From a virus (taxonomy: Duplodnaviria; Caudoviricetes), in IMG/VR virus record IMGVR_UViG_3300021335_001614, positions 1 through 61,594 of that record: DNA of 61,594 bases. One strand, 5' to 3'. The position numbers were made by a program, and so were the translations under genes. The notes under the pieces were generated by a model. The model was given only the letters and a program-made list of their open reading frames with translations. It made no database searches and was not told the origin of the DNA. Positions 12,401 to 20,698 of the stretch are shown here, piece by piece (position 1 is the stretch's first letter; each line of letters begins with the position of its first letter).

Positions 12401-12977
12401 AATTATAGTGAGAATCTTTTACGGTATTAGGTAAGTGTTGGGATGAGCTAATTCGAATTTTGTTGTCTTCTAGTATTTCATATACAAAATATTTTGTTAA
12501 TAGTTGTAACCCTGCTAAAGATACTTTATTTCCATAGATAGGAAATTCTTCAAAGACTAGACGCATACCTATATCTAACCAACTTGTATCTTTTATTATC
12601 AGATAACTACGATCAAATTTTATATTAAAGCTTCCTGTAGGTGTAGTTAAAGGTAATACTTCTCCAGGAAGTTCGGTTTCGCCTATACTGAATTTTACGC
12701 AGGTTGTATCTCCTACAATATTTTTAACATAATAATATTTTGCAGGATTTATTTCTGTAGATATACCTTCAAATCTAACTTTCATTTTAGATTCTAACCA
12801 CGGCACATTATTAGTTGTTGTTACAAGTTGATTATTTTCAACATCTACTCTTGTAATTGTACCTGTTAAATCAGGTATTATTTCAACAACCTCACTTTTA
12901 ATATGATATAGTTTTAAAAAATGAAATAATGTATTGTTATAAGTATATTCTAATATTTCTTGTAGTGTTGCTCTCAT
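9450..12977 (-). CDS. 1175-aa paralog of the adjacent clamp-like protein, with inserted beta-rich repeats and a cupredoxin-like domain
   Basis: Four collinear segments align by eye with 8703..9434 (see findings). RBS GGAG and an upstream TAAATA are present. Confidence 0.75.
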   Translation of the reverse strand: MRATLQEILEYTYNNTLFHFLKLYHIKSEVVEIIPDLTGTITRVDVENNQLVTTTNNVPWLESKMKVRFEGISTEINPAKYYYVKNIVGDTTCVKFSIGETELPGEVLPLTTPTGSFNIKFDRSYLIIKDTSWLDIGMRLVFEEFPIYGNKVSLAGLQLLTKYFVYEILEDNKIRISSSQHLPNTVKDSHYNFLHFSNAITTSFEIIQDQTFIEGVTEDKVVYLDARTDEKISDFNAEFGMVDLYKLFNYLENLQEYPTDNNIIVTNVDENNEFVSTKLNFDNPTFKDEWQLIDRTVVPSQHEMIDFKNSLWNFSLNLTELQKSRFNLMALAYVDYVTFDLYTNNKNTNIISGIDNNSRLLSDTLIVSPGTKLIFSNPSDSSNALSGVGLLPNTIYYVLTSFSNGSFTISDTLNGNQLLLPYSNFDFLARIVTASNVFAEHDLEFYFGEDNPNFGKITWEQNIKGTYIPRIIDEFKTITRTFAEYTNTIYRQVPYRNYFIGPFLDEENDIITIEDTSILKVNNPIRFSSPPDSADAVVAAGLDPTSTYYVKEILDCERFTFSDSVGGPAHILPFTNFELFLTVDLNIYQIFDFNSSYAQTDGKELWKYLEPNMPVKFRNPPDSTDALLQAELDPLQTYYVKEITKFYDGEESFLVTGIDSDGILSLDVPADKEFIDVLYPGLEVYFSNLPDSTGALVEAELEDPVTPDPFKKYYIKDVYKDGFFTLSAEPDGEQLLLPYSNFEFEMKMDFVRLEFTISETIGGPVKPVPYSNFEFFIYHEANELEVDDTGWFRLNMPIQFESYNDPTAVTAATLSTNQQYFIKNILNNRRLQITDTLDGEVLKFYDTPNEFFIRHDTGNGFVFSSYSAQNLSSIGKPPVIYTRQNLYHPDLDPIPNELPYEHIFNDVNLPFPQDSTLWAPYYYEENDYIYGRNAWSPGFTPDYIITVTVDQENFVMTGEDKNGTFNLEIMPSLTFDVGDKVQFIVDSPVVHPFWIKTKLEKKTRYPAPGSYGNGTATVNWTVEENNTYYYYCPRHTHMAGNISVPPALPPVTPQYSDQNVVRGFDLRRPVSLTELDKKYVYAFEIRQDLINSIKNNPILTGAENQVKIFINERDSYLMPVSYLDKRWTYNVPQILAIQLLDGNKVMRISDEGRLMITVKSPNGIYNYILQGTEKT

Positions 12978-13004
12978 TTTAGCTCCAGGTCATTATATAC
13001 ATAG

Positions 13005-13010
13005 TATTTA
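13005..13010 (-). promoter_or_regulatory. TAAATA late-promoter-like motif
   Basis: TAAATA about 28 nt upstream of the ATG at 12977; the motif recurs before many other genes. Confidence 0.55.
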
Positions 13011-13029
13011 ACTAAATTTAAATGACTGG

Positions 13030-13584
13030 TTATGCAGCATCGTCAAATGTTTTAGGCAAGTTGTTTATAATTATTTCAATCTTGTTGTCGTCGTCTTTTA
13101 ATTTTATAGATATGTTTTGATGTTCTTCTAAGATCGCTTTGTGTTCTATTCCGTCTTGTTTAATAGTAATTTCTTTAGCTTGAGACATTTTGTTAAGTTC
13201 AATACCACCGAATATTGCATTATGTAAATCCATATAACCACAATCCATGCCAACACCATACATGCTCATATCAAATCCAAATACTTGATATAGGACGTAT
13301 CTATAGCTTCCGTTTTTCTCATAGTCACCTTTGTGTATACGTTTACATACAGCATAAAAAGCTTTTTCTCTTTCTTCTTCAGAAAGCTTGTCCCACCATT
13401 CGTTATTGTCAGCTTCGTATTGTTCAGTGGCTTCTTTGTAGGCTTTTTGTGCTGCTATAAATTCTGGAGAGTTAATACTATCTAATAATCTTTTCTTTTT
13501 AAGTTCAACTGCATGCCCATTATAGGACTCTTCCCAGTTAGAGGCTATTTCTTTTAATTTTTCTGGAGTTTCTTCTTTAGTCAT
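13030..13584 (-). CDS. hypothetical protein
   Basis: Directly follows polB; contains GSYRYVLYQVFGF. Confidence 0.7.
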   Translation of the reverse strand: MTKEETPEKLKEIASNWEESYNGHAVELKKKRLLDSINSPEFIAAQKAYKEATEQYEADNNEWWDKLSEEEREKAFYAVCKRIHKGDYEKNGSYRYVLYQVFGFDMSMYGVGMDCGYMDLHNAIFGGIELNKMSQAKEITIKQDGIEHKAILEEHQNISIKLKDDDNKIEIIINNLPKTFDDAA

Positions 13585-13587
13585 TAT

Positions 13588-16257
13588 TTAATCCCACTCA
13601 AAAAAGCTGTTGAAAGTATTTTCTTGTTTTGTTTCATCTAGATTATAATTTAAAACACCGATTAGATTATCTAATTTTTTATCAATAATTGCTTCTTCCA
13701 TTGCGTCACTATCAAATGGAAGTTCTTTAAACCAATCAGGTAATCTAAGTTCATCTACAGGATATGCAACACTTGTATAACCTATTGGATTAGGCTTTAA
13801 TTTACAAACTATAACTTTCATTCCGTCAACAATATCCATACTATATCTATCGTTATTAATATGTTTTAAAGAATTCCAATTTAAACTTGCTCTTACGTGA
13901 CCTGGAAGATTAGCTTTCCCTTTAGATTCTTCTAGTCTTTGATAGTGTCCTATCTTATTAGCACGTTTAGGAGATCCTTTTTCCCAACCTGGTCTATCTT
14001 TAAATTCTTTTCTAAAGTCAGTAATTCTTTGAATAATTTCTTCTTCTGGTGTTTCTTTTAAAACCATCATTAATATTTCCATCAAAAATTCCTGCATAAA
14101 AACCGGAGTGTCAGATCTTCGAAGATCTAAGCCCATTGCTTTTACTTTACCTGGCTTACCGTCTATATCTTTACGTTCACCTTCTAAGTCATATACTAAA
14201 GCAGCATATCTTTTTTTCGTAATATATAATCCCGATTCTGCAACAATTTCTCTACCTGCTGCAATTACTGCAGATCTGCTAGCTGGACAATGGAATGCAT
14301 TTAACATAAAGTCTTTAAAGGTAGTATTAGCTTCTTCTGCTACTTGATCATATAGTGTAATCACTGCTTCTTTTGACCAAGGAATGCTTCCATTGTCTAT
14401 TTCTGTTTTTAATACAGGATATGCACTAAAGTAAACTGAATCTGTATCGCCATATATTACGGCCTTGCCAACGTGATTGTAATCACCAGTTATAACTTTA
14501 TTAACTTCTGCGCTCATATGCTTTACAATTTGCCTGCCAGTTAGCGTAGTTGATTGTCCTATACGCTTATCAAAAAATCTACATCCTGGATTTAAAATTG
14601 CACCGTATAATGAATTTAGATTAATTTTCTTTACAAGTTGCCGTTTGTCCCAAAAAGCAATTTCTAGCGGATTACCTGCTTCGATAGCTTTCTTTTTCAT
14701 TGCTTGTAGTTCTTTACGCTCTGCATACCAACGTTTTAATATTCCTGGAATTACTCCTTCAAATTCAGTTGTGAATATTGTACCATTCGCACTTAACATC
14801 CAAGGCATTCCGCTATCAAATACCAGCTTGTAAACTTCGGCTCCACTTAGTGTTTCAGATCTTCCATCCTCGAAATCTAAAGTTAGTACAACATCTTTAC
14901 GTTGATCGATCACTGCTTGATATTCTTCTGTACCAAAGCGGCCTTCCCAAGCACCTGCAAATGATTTTTTTTCTAGCGTAATTGCTTCATGAATAATGCT
15001 GTCTGTCATTTCAGGACGTAATTGTCCAATGATTGTTTCAGGTGCCATGTTTAATGCACGAATAACACTTGGATATAGACTGTTTAAATCCATACTACCT
15101 ATCCATTTGTGTACACCTTTTTTTGGAAATGCAACATAAGCACCTGCAGCCGCTGTATTTTCGTCATCTCTCTTAGGGCGATTAGGTACACGCATGCCTC
15201 TTTCGTGTGCTTCGTTAATAATCGCTTGTTCTGTAACTGCTACAGCACCCATTGTGGTTTGTAGCAATACAGTATTTGCATGGGCAAGTTCGTTGCTTAG
15301 ATCAATAAATTTTAGTTTTTTGTCTAATTTATCTAGCAGTGCAACGTCTTGTCTGTTGTATTCAATAAATGTTTTAAAATCGTTATTGTATAACTGGTCA
15401 AGTGTACCTTCGTAAACAGTTTTACGCTCACCTACTTCCATTTCGCCAATTGCATCTAGTCTATAGCTATGTCGTTCTTCGTATGTGTACTTCCTATATA
15501 GTTCAAGACTGTCTAAATGTACACGGCCAACAAGATCAAACGTTTCGGCTTTTTTGCCAAACTTTTCATATTCTCTTTTCTTAGGCAATTGCTTCCACAA
15601 GCAAAAGCGTCTAGTATCATCTTTACTTAAAATCCTACTTACACGATTTACAGTGTAGGGAATATCATAACCTTCTGAATTCCAACCGCTTAAGACATCG
15701 GCATCTTCTATAAGATCTAGGAACGTTTCAAGCATGTCTCCTTCGTCGGTGAACAATAAAACTTCCTCACCCCATTGTGCTACTTCATGCTTTGCTTGAT
15801 CTAATGAAAGTGTTTTAGGAGGAAGGGCTAATGTAATAAGAACATCTAACCATTGTAGATTTACAGTAATTGCAGTAATTGGCATGAAAGGATCTGCAGG
15901 ATCAGCAAATCCTCTATCAGGATCAAAGTCTGTTTCAATGTCAAAAAATGCAATATTTAATTTTGGTGCATCTTGATTTAAATAATTTTCACTTAGACAT
16001 TGGAAAATAGGATTTACATCACTTTCAAATAAAGTTTTGTCTCTATTAATTGCTATTTCTTTACGAAAATCTTTTGTGTTTTTACAGATAATTTTTGAGA
16101 GGGGATCTCCGTAAATACTTAAATGTTTTCCCTTAGGATCTTTGTAATAAAAAATATATTTTACTGGATGTTCTACAAATTTCCTCTTACCTTCATGTCT
16201 TTCTACGACACGAATAAGGTCTTCATTTCTATCAAATATAGCGTCAACGTAACTCAT
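13588..16257 (-). CDS. family B DNA polymerase (gp43-like) with 3'-5' exonuclease
   Basis: Exonuclease FDIET and GWNSEGYD; polymerase DLNSLYPS, KINLNSLYG, YGDTDS, KKRYA. Confidence 0.97.
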   Translation of the reverse strand: MSYVDAIFDRNEDLIRVVERHEGKRKFVEHPVKYIFYYKDPKGKHLSIYGDPLSKIICKNTKDFRKEIAINRDKTLFESDVNPIFQCLSENYLNQDAPKLNIAFFDIETDFDPDRGFADPADPFMPITAITVNLQWLDVLITLALPPKTLSLDQAKHEVAQWGEEVLLFTDEGDMLETFLDLIEDADVLSGWNSEGYDIPYTVNRVSRILSKDDTRRFCLWKQLPKKREYEKFGKKAETFDLVGRVHLDSLELYRKYTYEERHSYRLDAIGEMEVGERKTVYEGTLDQLYNNDFKTFIEYNRQDVALLDKLDKKLKFIDLSNELAHANTVLLQTTMGAVAVTEQAIINEAHERGMRVPNRPKRDDENTAAAGAYVAFPKKGVHKWIGSMDLNSLYPSVIRALNMAPETIIGQLRPEMTDSIIHEAITLEKKSFAGAWEGRFGTEEYQAVIDQRKDVVLTLDFEDGRSETLSGAEVYKLVFDSGMPWMLSANGTIFTTEFEGVIPGILKRWYAERKELQAMKKKAIEAGNPLEIAFWDKRQLVKKINLNSLYGAILNPGCRFFDKRIGQSTTLTGRQIVKHMSAEVNKVITGDYNHVGKAVIYGDTDSVYFSAYPVLKTEIDNGSIPWSKEAVITLYDQVAEEANTTFKDFMLNAFHCPASRSAVIAAGREIVAESGLYITKKRYAALVYDLEGERKDIDGKPGKVKAMGLDLRRSDTPVFMQEFLMEILMMVLKETPEEEIIQRITDFRKEFKDRPGWEKGSPKRANKIGHYQRLEESKGKANLPGHVRASLNWNSLKHINNDRYSMDIVDGMKVIVCKLKPNPIGYTSVAYPVDELRLPDWFKELPFDSDAMEEAIIDKKLDNLIGVLNYNLDETKQENTFNSFFEWD

Positions 16258-16323
16258 TTATTCTTTCTCGTTATTTTTTGGCTAACGTACCGTCTACATG
16301 CTTAATGCGTAAAAGTTTATTTA

Positions 16324-16611
16324 TCAATACCATCCCATTGCTCTGCCAAAACCAAAAATATGCAAAAATGCAAAATAAATAGTCATTACCAAAGGCCAAC
16401 CTACTCCTCTCCTTATAAATGCAACAATACTAAAAACTGCACCAGTGAAACTTACAGGATAAATTAAATGCATAGGAGGATGTTGTGCAGTTAAAGATAT
16501 CCACGTCATGCTTGTAAAAACACAAATACTAGCAATTGTTTCAAAATAGAATGCAGTCCTATCGCTAGTATAACTTCTTATCCAAAATTCTTTAATTTTA
16601 TTCCATAGCAT
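16324..16611 (-). CDS. small membrane protein (about 3 TM segments)
   Basis: Hydrophobic segments; resembles 59392..59670. Confidence 0.7.
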   Translation of the reverse strand: MLWNKIKEFWIRSYTSDRTAFYFETIASICVFTSMTWISLTAQHPPMHLIYPVSFTGAVFSIVAFIRRGVGWPLVMTIYFAFLHIFGFGRAMGWY

Positions 16612-17716
16612 TTTCTTTAGTTCTTTCTACAAATAAATCATCAACTGATCTTTGTTTATTTTGTTTTATTCCACATTCTAACCAACATTTTTTTATTGTC
16701 TTTTTCTTCCAGCTTTTGTGGAAAATATCTAAAACTTTATTATTGTTTAGTATACTTTCTAAACTATAATAGTGTAAGTTATTATTGTTTCCTATTTTCT
16801 TTTTTATCTCTTTAACTTCTGATATAACAGATGTAAATGGTAATGTGTTTGCACTACCGCCTACAAAACAACATGGATATATACTGCCTGTATGATCAAT
16901 ATAAATTTCAACCATTTTTTGATCATGCATTGGCGGTGGTAATGTTCTAAAAGAGTTACAATCTATATAACCATCTTCTAAAGTGTTTTCTGGTAATGGT
17001 GCAACATATTCAGTAGTACATGGTGTATATGAAATAATAGGAAAGCCAGTATAATGCAAGATGTTATATACTTTTTTAAAATCTTTGTTGTAAACTGGCA
17101 TAGCATATTCTTCAACACCAAATGGATTTTTAAGCCTAAATTCTACATTTAAGCTTTTTGCTAATGCTTTAGCTTCGTCTATCTGATGATTATTATAGTA
17201 AAATCTTAGATAATCCCATGCTGTTTTTGCACCGGTTTTAGCAAAAGATTTTAAATTAGAAAAGGCTTTTTCCCACTTTACGTTTCTCCTGTATATATGG
17301 TTAGTATCACTTAGTCCGTCTAGAGAAAAAACGACTTCTCTATTTACACCGTCTTTTTTGCTTGCGGTATATAAGATTTCTCCTAAGGTTTTATAAAATC
17401 TTTCATTTCTAATACCTCCATTTGTATTAATTTGAATCGATCCAGGGCTATACTCACACACATAAGCAACAATATCAAGTAAATCTTTGCAAGTCATTGG
17501 ATCACCGTGTGTTCCACAAAAAATCCAATTCTTAATTTTTTTTAAAATAAATGGGCTTAACCAAGATTGAAAATCTTCAAAACTTATATCCTGCTGTACA
17601 AGATCTTTATTTACATTAGGTGAATTGAAAATAAATCTTGGACAGCCAGGACAGGCTGCATTGCATTTACTGCTTAATTCAAAATGGATTGCATTAAAAT
17701 TTTCGAAAGTCCACAT
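16598..17716 (-). CDS. radical SAM protein with SPASM/twitch-like C-terminus
   Basis: CNAACPGC (CxxxCxxC), GDP, NTNGG, SLDG, YPCC. Confidence 0.88.
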   Translation of the reverse strand: MWTFENFNAIHFELSSKCNAACPGCPRFIFNSPNVNKDLVQQDISFEDFQSWLSPFILKKIKNWIFCGTHGDPMTCKDLLDIVAYVCEYSPGSIQINTNGGIRNERFYKTLGEILYTASKKDGVNREVVFSLDGLSDTNHIYRRNVKWEKAFSNLKSFAKTGAKTAWDYLRFYYNNHQIDEAKALAKSLNVEFRLKNPFGVEEYAMPVYNKDFKKVYNILHYTGFPIISYTPCTTEYVAPLPENTLEDGYIDCNSFRTLPPPMHDQKMVEIYIDHTGSIYPCCFVGGSANTLPFTSVISEVKEIKKKIGNNNNLHYYSLESILNNNKVLDIFHKSWKKKTIKKCWLECGIKQNKQRSVDDLFVERTKENAME

Positions 17717-17727
17717 AAAATTTTATT

Positions 17728-17988
17728 TTAATGATCTTTACCTACAGTAGCTACGAGCGTTTCTAAATCTTCAAATTCGTCTGCAACACGATGCCAATCT
17801 GCTTTATGTGCAATCTTAATCGCTTTGTTTATTAAACTTGGTTTTACATTAAGTTCTTCTGCAACAGCTTTTACTGTATCTTTTAATCCTTCTTGTAAAT
17901 CTTGAATTTCTTGTAACACTGTACAACCCTCGTTGACTAGTCTTTCTAGCTTTGCTTTTTCGTCAATACCATAGACTCTATCGCTCAT
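17728..17988 (-). CDS. dsDNA-binding protein (T4 DsbA-like)
   Basis: 86-aa helical protein with IQDLQEGLKDTVKAVAEELNVKPSLINKAIK; RBS AGGAG. Confidence 0.55.
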   Translation of the reverse strand: MSDRVYGIDEKAKLERLVNEGCTVLQEIQDLQEGLKDTVKAVAEELNVKPSLINKAIKIAHKADWHRVADEFEDLETLVATVGKDH

Positions 17989-18008
17989 ATTTCTCCTTTA
18001 AATAATTA

Positions 18009-18037
18009 ATTATAGTGGTTAAAATCTTATTTGTCAA
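18009..18037 (-). promoter_or_regulatory. consensus sigma70 promoter
   Basis: Minus strand TTGACA-17 nt-TATAAT, upstream of the dsbA-like/radical SAM/polB run. Confidence 0.85.
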
Positions 18038-18039
18038 TA

Positions 18040-18675
18040 TTATTCTGATTTCCAGTAGTACTCATCTGTGTCGCCAAGTCTATATGTGTAACCATTTTCT
18101 ACTTGATAGAATTGAGTGCTTACTTTGAAATCAGGATTTTTAGGTTGCTTTGGGGTTAAGCTATTATCATATACACGCATCCTATTGTTCGGATAGGCTG
18201 CATACTGTCCGTTATCTAGTTCTAATATATTAAAACTTTTATGTTCTTCGGGTATTTCACTAGTGCTGTAATCTATTTCGTCAGCATTTTCATGGTAATT
18301 ATCTAGTGTTAATACATAAGTACCTTTTAATACCTTATGACTACGTGTAAATATTTCAAAATCCATGCTGCCTATAAATTGTTTATATATAGCAGTTACG
18401 CCATAATCCATTGCATTCCAAAATTGTAGGTCTTGCAAAGGTAAATCAGGTTCTGGTTTTTTAGGTTCGCTTACAAAAGCACTGATAGGAAGTTTGTCGT
18501 AAAGTGCGGCATATTCGGGGAGATAAGTTTCAAAGTAAAAAGCTCTACCAGGTATACTTTTTACAGTTACCCAGTGTCCTTCTACAAATTCGCCATGTCC
18601 GCTTTTATGATCCATTAAGTATTCTTTACGGACATAGACTTTTGTGTTAGGTAAGTTTGCTAATAATGCACTCAT
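18040..18675 (-). CDS. phage hypothetical protein
   Basis: 211-aa ORF coupled to the upstream gene by an ATGA overlap. Confidence 0.75.
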   Translation of the reverse strand: MSALLANLPNTKVYVRKEYLMDHKSGHGEFVEGHWVTVKSIPGRAFYFETYLPEYAALYDKLPISAFVSEPKKPEPDLPLQDLQFWNAMDYGVTAIYKQFIGSMDFEIFTRSHKVLKGTYVLTLDNYHENADEIDYSTSEIPEEHKSFNILELDNGQYAAYPNNRMRVYDNSLTPKQPKNPDFKVSTQFYQVENGYTYRLGDTDEYYWKSE

Positions 18676-19151
18676 GCTTTAACACATGAGCCTTTCTCAC
18701 CTCTCCTTTTGCCAGGAACTTTTCTATAACCATCCCAGCATTGATCATACATTTTATCATTGCCGTGTGCTTCGTCTACTTCTTTATCGTCTACTTTTTT
18801 TTTAGATTTTTCTTGTAGATTTTTGGTTAAATGTCTTGCAAGGCTGCCTTTGTACGCACTTTCAAACGGCATTTCTACTTCCATGTCACTAGGCTCGTTC
18901 TGTTTTTCAAAATTCATCTTGTAATCGAGATTATGGTAAACATTGCCTAAACCTTCCGCAGCTTTTGTAATCTTAGCCTGTACCCAACCTTCTAAACCTT
19001 CTTGCTCGCTGACACCTTTGAGCATTTCGTGAAGCTTAATTGCATACTTTGCGATTTTATACAGATCTGATCTAGCCATTTGTACTTCATGATCTAGCTC
19101 TGCTGCATGGGCTAAGTCGCCTAAACCTTCTTTAAATTCTTCTTTACGCAT
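18672..19151 (-). CDS. hypothetical protein (possibly head-associated)
   Basis: Glu/Lys-rich; C-terminal CWDGYRKVPGK...SCVK; RBS GGAG and TAAATA upstream. Confidence 0.65.
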   Translation of the reverse strand: MRKEEFKEGLGDLAHAAELDHEVQMARSDLYKIAKYAIKLHEMLKGVSEQEGLEGWVQAKITKAAEGLGNVYHNLDYKMNFEKQNEPSDMEVEMPFESAYKGSLARHLTKNLQEKSKKKVDDKEVDEAHGNDKMYDQCWDGYRKVPGKRRGEKGSCVKA

Positions 19152-19177
19152 GAGTTCTCCAAATATATTTTGTATAT

Positions 19178-19390
19178 TTATCTCTTTATAACGCCGCCCA
19201 TTAGATTGATATCTGTATCAATAGCATTCTTAGCAGTACCGTCTTTGTTCAATGCTTGCGGTGCTTTTGGTAATCCGTTTTTACCTTTTTTAATTTTCCT
19301 ATATGCTGCAGGAACACTTGCTACTGTTGCAATATTACCTGCTGCAGTAGATCCTGCTGTTGCTGATTCTAATATTTCTCTTACAATCAT
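19178..19390 (-). CDS. small hypothetical protein
   Basis: MIVREILES start; ATGA overlap. Confidence 0.65.
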   Translation of the reverse strand: MIVREILESATAGSTAAGNIATVASVPAAYRKIKKGKNGLPKAPQALNKDGTAKNAIDTDINLMGGVIKR

Positions 19391-19641
19391 TTTAAAAAAC
19401 CACCATCCATCTTAGACGTTCGTTGGCGTCTTTGTTGCTGTTGCTTTTGTTGCTGTTGTCTTTTCTCTTGTTGACGTCTTTGTCCATACTGGTCTAATTC
19501 GTCTGGTATTTTTTTATTGAAAATCCAATTTGAAGCATCTCTTGCTAGTTGGGTAGGAGTTAGCCTACTTATGCTTCTTCCAAGGCCAGTTTTTCCAAAG
19601 TCAAATTCTAAAAGTTTAGAGTCAACTTCATGTATTTTCAT
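19387..19641 (-). CDS. small Gln-rich hypothetical protein
   Basis: QQQKQQQQRRQR tract; ATGA overlaps. Confidence 0.6.
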   Translation of the reverse strand: MKIHEVDSKLLEFDFGKTGLGRSISRLTPTQLARDASNWIFNKKIPDELDQYGQRRQQEKRQQQQKQQQQRRQRTSKMDGGFLK

Positions 19642-19853
19642 TTTTTCCTTCCTCTAAATTGCACAGGACCTGTCATGTAAGGCTTACTGAACCAAAGTTT
19701 AAACCAATCTTGGTCTCCTGGTTTTAAACCCATTTCCTTTTCTTTTTTCTTTAATGCAGTTGCAGTTTCACTGGGATTTTCATCTATCTTATATTCTGTA
19801 TATCCTGTAAATTCTGTTATACCTGCTAGTTTTTTAAGCTCGTCTAAATTCAT
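19638..19853 (-). CDS. small hypothetical protein
   Basis: DELKKLAGI and KPGDQDWFKLWFSKP; ATGA overlaps. Confidence 0.65.
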   Translation of the reverse strand: MNLDELKKLAGITEFTGYTEYKIDENPSETATALKKKEKEMGLKPGDQDWFKLWFSKPYMTGPVQFRGRKK

Positions 19854-20698
19854 TTTTTTGGCTGATGCACTTCAGGATGTTGGTGAGTGCCACCAATTTC
19901 TTTATACTTTGCACCCATCTTGTCTAGCATTCGTTTCATATGAGACATTTCTGCCGGAGTGCTAAACGTCATTACTGTATCGGAGTCTTCTTGTCCGTAT
20001 TCTTTTGGATCTTGTTGTGCAAGTGTAGGATAATGTTGTCCTAGTTTGTACCAATCTAGATCACCAGGTGTGTCTATTACCAGTGTTAGTTTAGGTTGTG
20101 GAATAATAGTATCATGGCCTACCATATGTGCTTCATTTACGCTTAAAAGTTCTTGTAATTTTTTAAACATGTCTTCTGCGTAGGGTTGTGCAGCTTGTGT
20201 TATACCTGATTGGAATGCATCAAAATCATTATCCACTACACTTTGTCTAAGTTTTGTTGCACTCATGCCTCGGGCTCCGGGATCATCTGGGTCTCTTTCT
20301 AATCTAACTAGATCAATATTATCAAAATTATAGTTGTGCATTGCAGCTTCTACACCATTATATTTTTTAATAACAGTGCCCATCTTAGCTTCTCCCTCTA
20401 GATATATTAAATTTGTATATCCCATTTTGTATAATCTGTCTGCAGCAACTAAAGCATTTTTTGCTAAACCTACAGCAATATTATTAAAGCTTTTTTGTGC
20501 CCAGTCTAATTTTTCTGCTGCTGATAAAGGATCCGAAGGAAGTTTAGCAGGTCTATCACTTAAAAAGAGGAAAGCATCTCCAGGTTGTTTGACTATTTCT
20601 TGTACTAAAAGCTCATGACCATTTGTTGCAGGATTTAATCTGCCAAAAGCAAATGCAGCAGTTTTACCAGGTGCTTCAAATAGCTGTCTTAACCTCAC
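19850..20698 (-). CDS. cytidylyltransferase-like (HxGH/KMSKS-class) nucleotidyltransferase
   Basis: FGRLNPATNGH and MSATKLR motifs. Confidence 0.75.
   Translation of the reverse strand: MRLRQLFEAPGKTAAFAFGRLNPATNGHELLVQEIVKQPGDAFLFLSDRPAKLPSDPLSAAEKLDWAQKSFNNIAVGLAKNALVAADRLYKMGYTNLIYLEGEAKMGTVIKKYNGVEAAMHNYNFDNIDLVRLERDPDDPGARGMSATKLRQSVVDNDFDAFQSGITQAAQPYAEDMFKKLQELLSVNEAHMVGHDTIIPQPKLTLVIDTPGDLDWYKLGQHYPTLAQQDPKEYGQEDSDTVMTFSTPAEMSHMKRMLDKMGAKYKEIGGTHQHPEVHQPKK

Noticed and set aside
9450-16257. Inteins or introns in polB or the clamp paralog
   Set aside because: polB has normal length; the clamp inserts lack intein splice-junction and homing endonuclease motifs.
16269-16300. preQ1-I riboswitch upstream of polB
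   Set aside because: It has an A-rich pseudoknot-like layout, but the stem and loop do not match the preQ1-I consensus as I recall it. Kept only as a generic structure.
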